A DNA stretch of 64,000 nucleotides from Tubiluchus corallicola (lineage: Eukaryota > Animalia > Priapulida). The notes below the pieces were generated by a model. The model was not told where the DNA came from, did not search any database, and was given only the letters and a program-made list of their open reading frames with translations. The DNA lies in the NCBI GenBank assembly GCA_030141605.1, contig JAQGDQ010000006.1, positions 558,001-622,000 of the forward strand, written 5' to 3'. Below, piece by piece: positions 53,063-64,000 of the stretch (its first letter is position 1; each line of letters opens with the position of its first letter). The position numbers and the translations under genes were made by a program.

Positions 53063-56000
53063 ACTGAATTGGACACCTAAGTTTGTAGTGCTATAAACTA
53101 TAAATTTAATCAACAGGTAACGTTAACACCTAATTAACAGTAAGCCATTGATTTTTACGAAACTATGCAGCTAGAGCGAAATCATAACTCCCACACAAGT
53201 CAGTCGTGCAAATTTGAATACAGATCAAACCTGAAATAAATCTTGCGGAAATTGCGTAAGTAACAAGTTTCCTTAAAAGTTAGAATAATTAGCCATGCAG
53301 ACTTGGCAGCTTTATTAACATTCAGCACATATGAGAGACATTACAGTGGCAAAATTGATGTGCAGTTGATTAGGGAAACCTAGCGAGTAGCGATAGTTTT
53401 TATTTGACTACAATAAATCATAACTGACGGCATACATGGCTGGCTAGGAAAAGAGACACGAATCAGTGAAGAGGACAACCTACATTTTCATTCATTGCTA
53501 CCAGGCAGAAAAGTTTAATGTTAACCATGTTAACCAGTCAGAGCTCACTGAACTTTCAACGGCGGTTACAGAGAGAGTTAAAGCACACATTTTCAGGACG
53601 CAGCCTTTAATGATAAATGATACCACAAAAAGTTGAAAGTACAGATGAAAATATGGCAGATTTGTAACTTTAGGAGACTATGGTACTGAACAAAAATATA
53701 AGTCACGTGCAATCAGATTTAGTTCAATGTATGAGTAAAAATATTAGCTAGCATGATAGCCAGCGGATCCACAGCTTAATGTTGTGCAACTTTGCATACA
53801 TGTATATCATGAGGTTCTCAACATGACGTTTACAAAGCCACAGCATTTCGTTATAGATCTTGAGTGAGACATTAGTCATCAAGATTCTCATTACAGCATT
53901 CAACTCGAAAGGTAACAATCTAAAGAATATTCGTTAGGCTCTATAAATATGCAACCGTCTGGGAAAAGTGCAGTAAAGTTTACGGAAACCTTATGTACAT
54001 GCACTTTGCCACTAAAAAGAACCGCGTTTGTCAATTCTTTGGTCTACACATTCGCACGTGCGTAAATTTGAAAAATAGGAGAGCACAAGAGAGCTCATAT
54101 AGTCACGTAATTTAGATCTAAGATTTCACAGGCGTCTTCATAGACTGCCAATTACAGCTAATCAACTTACAACAACATTGACAAATGATAAAATCTGAAA
54201 GACAGTCACGCCACTTCTCACTGCCTGCTAACCTTAGACAAGCAGCACCTAACACAGTATATACCACGGTAAAACCAAAACTAGGCAAAAGTTCATCGTA
54301 AATCAGACACGAAACAGAACAAAGCCGGAAGTCAGAACTAATCGGCAATCGTGTCGAGTTCTGCATTCACAGAATCACTAAACTAAATAAAAACAACAAC
54401 AGAAACTTGAATTCGTATTGTAGCAGCAGTGACATAACATTTTTCGTCATGTTGTCGTCCTTAACTGTGATCACTTGAAAGTTAAAATATTTTCTGTAAC
54501 ACTTAATGCTTCAATTTAAACCAAATTTGACAGAATTTGTGCACCCTGTGAGCATATTTTGGTGGTCAGATCATCAAACCTGGCTACTGGCTCAACCCCT
54601 ACAGTCTTTGTTGCTTTAAGTGGAATAAAAAATTGAAATCACTTTTTCCCTGTAAATCAATTCTGACGCCCAAAGGTATAGGTACCAGACATTGGGGCTC
54701 CAGACAATTTTGCGAAAATTCATGATCTGTGAAAATGGCCAAAGTTAACCACAAGACAACTTAGGATTATATTTGAGAGTCAAAATACCAAATTCACATT
54801 CAGCATGCGTTCACTTGGAAAAAACCATGAGTTCGAACCGACGCCAGATTTCACGAGTGACAGAATATAAGGATCTCAGAAAAATCACCGACTACTTCAT
54901 CTATAGAAGTATACATTCTAACAATAAACAAACAAAAATATGATTCCAAGCGCTATTACTTAGCACTCGGAGACTGCAGTATGAGTAATATCTAGAACAC
55001 GAAGTGTGCAGCCAGCCACGTTGATCAGGTAAACAAAATACAGCAGATAACACGAGAAATCACAAACCCAACACGATTGTAAGGTCAACACGATGATATA
55101 ATAATTATGGTCGCATGTTACACAATTACGACTAATCAATTCAACCTTCATTATTGTGCCATTGTATTACTATAACTTATGATAAACAAGTCTACCAGTT
55201 TCAAACGTGGGAAATCCCACGGTAAGTAACGCGTCTCTTTGGCTACGAAGGTGTAAGCTGCACAAATTCAACCTGAATGTGTGTATAAAGCACCCTGTGA
55301 CATTATATTATTTGTCAAAATCTCAATGGTCCAACCCACGCCAACCAATGAAATGCATGATTTGGCTCATTGCCTTCGCGCTGAAAAGGACTCACATGAA
55401 GTTCACCTGAGCTTAATTTTTAGGGTCAAGGACTTTACTGATAGCATCACCACGAATTTTCGTGGTTCATACAGAAGAAGACACCAAAGAATGCAGAAGT
55501 GAAAAAAAATTCAAGTAATAATCATGGGTCTACATAGCAATATACATACTAGGTTTTACTGCTCACTAAAACAAAATACATTTTATAGTGCGACATGAAA
55601 AAACAGAAAAAATGTTAATCTGTTCGTACCTAATTTACACCAATAGCTTATGAAGCAGGAGTTCGATCCCTCTAATGAAACTATAATAAAGTCATCGATG
55701 AATATCAAAATAATATGAAATTTATTTCAATTTCGCCTAAACTCTGAAACATGGTGACGATAAAGTCTACGAATTCACACTAAAACACATTTGAATGCAT
55801 ACTCTGTAACTGTTCACTCGCTAACTGACTCACAAAGGCTTTCAAGCTTGATTTTATTTGCACCCCAAAGATGAATGTCATGTAATGACAAAATAAAGTA
55901 TTACGACTTAAAGCAAAAAAATAAAAATACATGTATGATGTATGTCACGTAGTTACTATCTTAGGAATGCATACCTGAAGAATTTTTCATCGCATGGGTG

Positions 56001-56405
56001 TGGCAAGTGCGCATTACGATATAGTAAAGATTGTAAAATACGTATAAAATGTCTTTTACGGGTACAAAAATTATTCCCAGCAAACCTACATAACGTGGGC
56101 AATCATCTTTACAACTACCGATTTTTATTCTATTACAAAATAGCAAATTTCATATTTTATAGAAATTTGAAATAATGTATCCCAAATACGTCGGTCGCAA
56201 CATACGTTACACAATATGAATGTGTAACTACTAAATTATGACACGCTAGAAAACTATTCATTTTAGTCCCACTCCTCATATTTTGCTCAGTGTGCCATCA
56301 AAAGCACAAAATGTATATAATCATGGTGTGACAAAGTAAAACTGCTTAATTAATTCAAATTCATTAATCAATGAATTAATTAACTCACTTAATTCAAATT
56401 TGTGG

Positions 56406-56408
<3 letters not shown>

Positions 56409-56454
<46 letters not shown>
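56409..56454. repeat. (AT)23 microsatellite
   Basis: Read directly from the sequence. Confidence 0.95.
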
Positions 56455-56458
<4 letters not shown>

Positions 56459-59234
56459 ACGCCTGCGGAGATGGGCAATCAAAACTCTTTACCGTAGATG
56501 ACAGACCTCCTAAACAGCAAAACACAAGGAACTTAACGTCAGGACAATAAAATTCTTTATTAAAGTATTTTGCTATCGGGTTATAAATATCAGTTAGTAT
56601 TCTTGATCTACTAAGCTGATGGAGTGAATGAAACATTTGAATCGACGGAAAACTGAAAACACCCATCATAATAACAATCTAACAAGTAACAACAAACAAA
56701 CTTTCAAAACAAGACAACTTACAATTTCAGTATGCTCCATCAACCTACACAATGTCACTGACTAGCAAAGAAACGGTGTTTACGCATTACAATTTAAGCA
56801 GTAAAGAATGGCGTAATAAAAATGCTGTTGGCAAAAGGCCACTAATATCAACACACTCCTAGACCAAAGCAAGAACGCCAAAGAACGTGAGAAACTATAT
56901 CTACCATCATGGCTGAACAACTCGAAAACAGGTTTGCGGAATATTGTTATTATTATACAGTACATATGATTTGAGACCTTAATCCTAACTTCCTAAGTAT
57001 GTCGTCAGTAAGGGTATTGTTTTCAAATCGCTCTTACAGGGAATACAGTCAGCTCTTCGTTTGCACTTTATATTCATAGATTTATTATAAATGCCCTTGG
57101 AAAGGTCAGCTATACAAAGTACTACGTCTTGAGAATTTTCTGACTCGTGCTGAACCTAGTACAATTTCTCCTCAGAATGATTAGCTTTTGAAAATGACGA
57201 CTCCATGAGGTGTATGTGACATTTGGGCATCAATAAAATTTGATGTTGTACCTATTTTTTGTTCATTAAATTTTTAATGACTCACTGTAATTTCCTAACT
57301 CTGACTATATTTTTTAACAATCATGGCTTCACTAAATTAAGCATAGTTTGTGCAGCATATGATTTAAACATGCATGATATAACAGTTAAAACCAGTCCAC
57401 TGACTGCACTTTCTGGTTTTTCACCTTAATTCAGCATTTTAAGTATAGCTTTTAAAATGAATGAAGCAGAAGAAGATATCACAAACCTACATTGGCATTT
57501 ACAATTAACATTTAAAATATGACAGCATTTTATTTCAAAAATATCCAGTGCATCACGAAAACAAACAAAAATGTGATTCACAAAAAATCTGTTCACACCA
57601 AAATTCAGCGTCAGTAAAACTAATGCAAAAAATAAACATATATCACAAAACTACACTCGTTGAACACTTGGTGGGTGTTAGAAGAAACAGACCTGGAACG
57701 CGTTGTTTAGTTTCATTAGTTGTTTGTACTAACTGTCAACTCGAAAATGACTAGTTAGATCAATTAGTAAGCCAATTAAATGATGTATGCTGATCAATAC
57801 CAAGATTAACAATAATGGTACACATTTTTGCTGTACACCTGTATTTTTTGTGAAATGTATGACCTTATGCGTTCAGCAGCAGTGTTTTTACGCGCGCCAA
57901 GTGAGTTACGCTATGCACAGTTGTTTCCAGTTTTACACGATCGTACTCACGAAAATAATTATTTCTTTTCTTACAAAAACTTATATGTTTTAACAGTTAC
58001 ATGCTAATCAGGCTGTAGACAAAAACTGTATAGTATCTTCTTCCAAGCCGTGCAACTGGTGCAAGATAAACAAGTGGGTTGTATTGAGTACACATAAGAA
58101 GCCATACTAGGGTCGACCATTGTTGATGTCACACGCTGGGTACTCTCAATTTGCTGCTCTAAAGGGATTTTTCATTTTTAGGAAAAATAAACATTGTGTC
58201 TAATTAAGACATTATTTTGCATAGTTGATCTAATGTCATTAACACGCAATGGCAGTACATCTAACGCTTGTTATTAATCTATTTGGTTGATCATTTGTTT
58301 TAAATGCCTCATAACCGATCCAGCTACTGAAATTCCTTATTAAAAACAAAGACCCTGGCAAGACAATTTTTCCTTCAACCCCATTACCTGCTCAAAAATA
58401 GTCTATACTATATTTATTGCCCATCGACGCTACTAGGCAATCTACTATCATGTACACTAGTGACATCTATATTATTATGAATGCATCATATAGCAATTTG
58501 CAAAAATGTAAAGTCGTTAGTTATGTGAAGCAAAAATGTAAAACGTGTAGTTAAAGTCGCTCACTTGCTCATAAATATAAACCATAAACTCATAAATATA
58601 ATAATGTTACACATTGTTACGTTAATCAAAGCTGCCTCATCAGATTTTTACACTTGCCCCAGCGAAGTGGACAACTACAGAATTATCAGTTCCGTCTGTC
58701 TTTCCGTTTACCCGTCTGTCGCCACTTTGTCTCGGTGCTGGAGTAAGCTAGGAAGTTGATATCTCGTACTGCAATAGAGCATGGTTCAAGCTCGGAGTCT
58801 ATTTGTTGTTAAATCAATCCTTGAAGATTTGAATTTCATTCGAATTTGATCCGGGTATATTAACTAATGTGATATGCTTGCGCTGAGCGCCTGTCAGAGG
58901 TATGTGTAGGCCAGCTAGGCCGGAAGTAAGCATTCTGAACTAGAAAGCGAATTCGAATCGAAGTTGTGGCTTTCAAATTCGAATCCGAATCGAGTTTAAC
59001 AGATTTTCAAACAAGTTTTCAAACCACCATTAAATTGCTGTCTTACAAAGATCATACATATTACTTGATTTTATTCTGCAGTAAAACCACTAATAATTTG
59101 TTTAAAAATTTTGCACAAAAACTGCAGCTAAATTGTGCAGATAAAGCAGCTGACTGCGCGATGTTCCAAACGTTTTAATGATAAAGAACATATGTTATTG
59201 AAGTGTTGAGTTCTGTCTGCATTTGGATCTATTA

Positions 59235-59954
59235 CAGTGGTTCCCAACCTTTTCCTTGCCAAGTACCCCTTCTAAATGTGGCGATCTTCAGCGTACCCCC
59301 ACCTGATATTTTTCAACAAATCGTTTGAAAAACCAGTTTCCAGAAAACAACGATTAATATTATCGACATTTTTTTATTTTAACTTTTTTTGAAAACTTGA
59401 ATTTTATCACTGATTATTAAGAAATACGTAATTTGAACAACTTTCTCGAATATGAAAGCATCAATACAAGGAAACGCGATCTTCACAGCAGTCATAATTA
59501 ATGCGCACGCTGTTCCTGATGATTATCAACAAGTTTTTTGATATCAGGCTTAATTGTTGATATAGCGACTCGCATGTCGCTCCTAAAATTCAAACGGTTT
59601 CTTGCCTTCGTCTTCAAATGTAGCATTGCACTGAAGCCTAGCTCACATTTGTATGTTGTCACAAATGGAACCAACACCTCGAAAGCCAAATAAAGCACAA
59701 ACAAAGGGTCAAAATATAAGCTTTTCGTGGGCGAGTAAAAGTATTTTCTAGCACACTGCGCAGGAATGATATTGTTTGTGAAATATTGCCTAACCTGTAG
59801 AAAGAATATCGTGATGCTGCAACTTGGTGTATTTTACCCTTTTCACCGGCTACAGAAAGAAAAAAATGTGTCGATCTGACACACCTTCTGCGTACCCCTG
59901 GCCTTGCTGTTGCGTACCCCCAGGAGTACCCGTACCCCCGATTGGGAACCACTG
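59235..59954 (-). mobile_element. Internally deleted hAT Buster/Charlie transposon, 720 bp, retaining the transposase C-terminus
   Basis: Perfect TIR CAGTGGTTCCCAA. Perfect TSD ATCTATTA (59227-59234, 59955-59962; central TA). GTACCCC subterminal repeats. Minus ORF 59498-59704 VLVPFVTTYKCELGFSAMLHLKTKARNRL..DMRVAIS..KPDIKKLV...Q..H* is the Buster/ZBED5-type dimerisation domain. Confidence 0.95.
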
Positions 59955-61711
59955 ATCTATTATGATGTGTGTTTTTCACAGAGATTTAGTGTAATTTTAA
60001 TTGCAGTGGGCGTCAACCGCTTAATACAGTAAACACACCTTTGGGGTAGCGTCAAAGGATGCATGCCTTCTTATTGGGCAACTGTGTCATCTAACTCTAC
60101 TGAGACATCTCTAGTTAAAATGATAATTGCAGAAATTCAAATGAAATTTTACATATTTTTTACATGAATTTAGTGCACAAGTTGAAAAGATGTTCTGCAA
60201 TGTTAACAGCAGATAACCATTCTCAATACCAGTTTAGTAGCTTCATGTATGCAGTGCTCCTGTTTATGGGTGACAATAGGCGGAAACTATTTGCTCCTTG
60301 TCACTTATCAGATATAAATTGCTAAAGGAAGAGTTGGCCAATTCATTGCGACACTAAGATACAGTTTTTTCCCTCCCAATTACAATCAATTTTGGATCTC
60401 AGATCTTCAGTGAGTCGTTGAAATGCTTTGCTTTGTGTGTGTTTTTCTTCTGAAAGCCTGCCACTTACCCAAGGTCGTAAAGCTTTCATAAATTAGTTAA
60501 TATGTAACACCAATGCTACATTAACCAATATGCTGTGAATATGCAGCTATAGTTCAAAAATTATTTCAGCTGTATTTGTTGGCAACAAGAACAGCATTAG
60601 GAGTGCAGCAATAGCAGCAATTAAAACAATGATGGCGACAATATCAACAACGTGAAGCGAGCACTGTTAACAAAATGTAAAAATTTGGTTAGCCAAGTTA
60701 TCCTTAAATGTAGCACTGCAGTTACCTAATTACAGGTTAGCAATGTACATGTTATAAAGAAAGTGTAAAGCCGGGTATTCTATAGAATGCTTAGACATTT
60801 TTTGGACTGACAGAATAAACTAGGTAAAGTGCCTAAACTAATTTCTTCCGTGGCTTTCCTAAGAATGTTTAGGCAAAGGGTGTAATTCTTAGATTTTGGA
60901 TACTTTTCTTAGTGGAAGTCTGATTTTCCTAGTGAGTTTCATCACGAATTATGTTCATTTTACATTCTGCCACTTTACATGCATTCTATAGATTCCAAGT
61001 ATTATACAAAACATCTAGAAAAACTTTGAAAGTGCTACAGCAGAAGCATTTATGTCACACTTTCCTCAAAATGCACCCATAGGTGTCATATGAAGTGCCT
61101 AGGAATTTTTGTAAAATGTCTAAATTTTGAACATTGCTTATATGTAACATATATGTTACAAATCTTTGCAGAAAGAATTAAATTGAAACTTGAAACTTTA
61201 TTACAAAATCCAACATTTTTCAAATTATAAAAACATTTTTCAAAGTTAGAGCGATGCACCTGATGCAATCCAGAAAAATATATAGATCCCAGGTTACCAC
61301 AATGGCAACAGGAAATCTTGTGCCACATTTCATGATCGTAGTGATGCAGAAGTGATGCAATACTTTCATTATTTTTATTTTTAATAAAGTAAACAAGGAA
61401 GAGTAGAGAGGTCCATAAGCTGTTTATGCTGAATATAAAAACGTAAACTGAATATTCTGAATAATGCTGAATATAAGAATGTTAACTGAATAAAAGATGA
61501 AAATAACTGAGACAGAAATTTTTACAATCGAAATGTAATTCACCAATGACAAAATATCCATTGAGTAAAATTATAAGGCAATATTATAGTAAGCTAAAGA
61601 CAGTGTCAATGCTATTTATTTCTATACTTACTGCTGGTCACTTTTAATAATAAATACAATACAGTACCTTCCACTGACATTAGATACAATAATAAAAATG
61701 CGGAAACTTAC

Positions 61712-61801
61712 CTTGGCCACAATCACCTTGTCCTTCCATATTCGATTAGGAACACAGCTGTCCTTTGGAGGAAAACTCCCCGAAAATCCAATTTCAACTT
61801 G
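61712..61801 (-). CDS. MPP6: Candidate distal ATG-containing exon of MPP (coding part 61712-61739)
   Basis: tttttag|90 nt|gtaagt. The ATG at 61739 gives MEGQGDCGQ plus a phase-1 donor that joins in frame to 52860 or 49694. An upstream non-coding exon was not identified. Confidence 0.5.
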
Positions 61802-62199
61802 CTAAAAATTAATCACACAAGTTATAATAAAATCTCATGAGTCAGAAAGAGTGAACAAAATTATGAAGCTGATACTGAAAGAATTAAGGAAAAGAATCAT
61901 CAAATCATCTTTTGACCCTTAGCAACTTGTGTAGACATTAATAACTGTTCTACTAGTAACGCTGTTGTGTGTCTTGTGTATTATAACAAGACACTTAGAT
62001 CAAAAATCATCTAACTACATGCTAGAAGTCTTTTCATACACTTATATCTCTGCATTTAGTACAATATACACATTTTGTTGGAATAGCTTTTCATGTTTGA
62101 GGTTCCATGTGTGTTGAAGTAATTTATCTTAGATTTTAGGACACATTTTAGGATTTTAGAAGCTATATTGTTCAAACTATGTCTGAAGTCTCATATATC

Positions 62200-62440
62200 A
62201 CTGCAGTTAACAAGGGAAGTCAACAAGATTGTGTCTTGTCACCTTTGCTTTTTGTGTTATACACAAATGATCTAAGTTGCAATAAAAACGATTAAAAAAT
62301 TATTTAACATGCAGATGGCACAATGATTTTACGTCTTATTTCAAACAATGAAGAGTCTGGCCATAAAAATGTCTTTAGCAATGCTACCAAATGACGTCGT
62401 AATAATTTCCTGGAATTAAATGCGCCCAAAACTAAAATTA
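62200..62440 (+). mobile_element. Rex1/Babar-like LINE RT remnant
   Basis: VNKGSQQDCVLSPLLFVLYTNDL, HADGTMILRLISNNEESGH (decayed F/YADD) and NNFLELNAPKTK, with stops. Confidence 0.7.
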
Positions 62441-64000
62441 ATGTTGACAACTATCATCCTATCAGACACAAATTTACATTTCTCTGACACAAAGTAAAAA
62501 GTGTCCTTTTCAAGAGCAAACAATTTTAAATGTTCATTTGTTTCAACTTCGTCAAAATATTCAACAGTAGCTAAGCACTTTTCAATATTTCTTTTGATTT
62601 TTGAGCCAATTTATACGAGCACTTAAATTTAATTACGGTTGCGAATTTGTTGTACTAAGTGCTTACTTAAACTAAGTCAGTGCAAACTACAAAGCATAAC
62701 AGAAAAAAAGTATACCGTGTATAGTATCTATGACCAATAAAGACGTATACTCTTACACGCTAAAACGTTAAAATATTCTTATAGTAAGTCTGTGAGACAT
62801 CAGTAACAGAAATACAGTATTAGCAAATGTCTGAGGTCCCATTTTAAAGTTCACTGCTTGGCCAGACCTGATCGGGGTCCTAGTCGCCCTACAATTACAT
62901 TACACATTTAGATAGATCACAGATGTACATCTACTTCTACTACATTTTAACAAATATGCCGTTTATAGTAAACACTACGTCCCATTTCATAAATGAAATT
63001 CATTAAGCGAACACAAAGAAAACGAAATGCACTGATACCCGTTTGACTGCACAGACTGTACATGCACACGATACAGAAACTGAGAGAACACCCACCGGTT
63101 TATCGAAAGATGCCGTATTGATTAATTTTCGGCATAATTTTATTTTAGGTTGTGCACGCCGCGTGGGTTGGAGTATCAAACAAAGGCTGTTTGGAATAAA
63201 GCTTCGGCCTATACTACCGGAAGAAACGCTAATATTTCAGCTTTGGCTAGATAGAAAACTTACATTGCGTTATAGGAAATATCACATAACTATAACTATA
63301 TAAAATATTACGGTTATAGCAACATAAATAATAATAATAATAATAATAATTGTTATTATTATCATTATTATTATTAATTTTTTTATAATTCTAGGCAGTG
63401 CTTGTCGTATATATACCGTTAACATTCGCGGCGTGTAAAGTTGAAATTATGTATCATGCAGATGCGGACGCGGTTGTGTGCGTAATAGGTAAAATCGGTT
63501 TATACTGTTTCCAAAGCACCCGTTTATGCAGCCTGCGTATGCGTTATTCATTTTCCGCAGCTATTTCTTCTTGATTTTTTCCACAGGCTGTTCCACAGCT
63601 GGAAAACGCATCCGCATCCGCAAGCTACACATAGCCTGTAGAGCGTAGAATGTAGATCCGAGCGAGATATTTAGTAATCACCAGATTGTTAAAACCAAGA
63701 TGAGTTACTAGTGTAACTAATGAGTATTACAATTATAGGCCTTACTTTTGGGATTTACAACACTGCATAATCACATACATTTTTGAAAAATTTTAACAAG
63801 TAAAACGAAGCATTCGCCTTGCAAAAATCACTGTAGCATTTGTGATATTAAACCAACGAATAATATTTTCCAAATGTTCGATGATTTATGCTGACCTACA
63901 CTACGTGGAAAGCCCGCGCTTAATTGTTGGGACTGGAGCATTCGTAAGTGGCTGTCTGGCTGGTAACGAAGCGTATGATAGGGTAGCTTGCATAGCGATG

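Noticed and set aside
54825-55675. B-box-like GTTCGAACC / GTTCGATCC motifs
   Set aside because: No A box or cloverleaf in context, so not called as tRNAs.
58645-58910. Helentron/HINE-like relic (ccgtctgtc motifs); also a TGACCTTGAC-rich patch at ~23660-23900
   Set aside because: Resemblance only; termini could not be defined, so not listed as features.
63325-63378. (AAT)n/(ATT)n palindrome
   Set aside because: Low-complexity inverted microsatellite, which is common in AT-rich genomes.

Overview
AT-rich metazoan (invertebrate-like) nuclear genomic DNA with spliceosomal introns; nothing prokaryotic, and no CRISPR, rRNA or intact tRNA genes were seen. Four protein-coding genes lie on the minus strand: (1) the 5' end of a SUGCT-like class III (CaiB/BaiF) CoA-transferase, which runs off the left edge; (2) an apparently intronless 138-aa ORF for an uncharacterised, heavily N-glycosylated single-pass membrane protein (9051-9467); (3) ZC3H10 with one coding exon (31531-32511); (4) a MAGUK p55-family gene of the MPP2/MPP6 (PALS2) type, with 12 core exons (39421-49694), a GC-AG intron, two in-frame sets of candidate alternative N-terminal exons (up to 61.8 kb) and candidate alternative HOOK exons. 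The rest holds hAT non-autonomous elements (four with perfect 8-bp TSDs), degenerate CR1/L2, Rex1-like, Penelope and Gypsy-like remnants, microsatellites, a ~1-kb tandem duplication and several fold-back hairpins. Best lead: the ZC3H10 5' leader carries a ~41-nt-periodic array of AGCG(AGCGC) motifs matching the reported RNA-binding motif of ZC3H10, which suggests an autoregulatory switch. All calls come from reading and translating the sequence by eye; no database searches were run.
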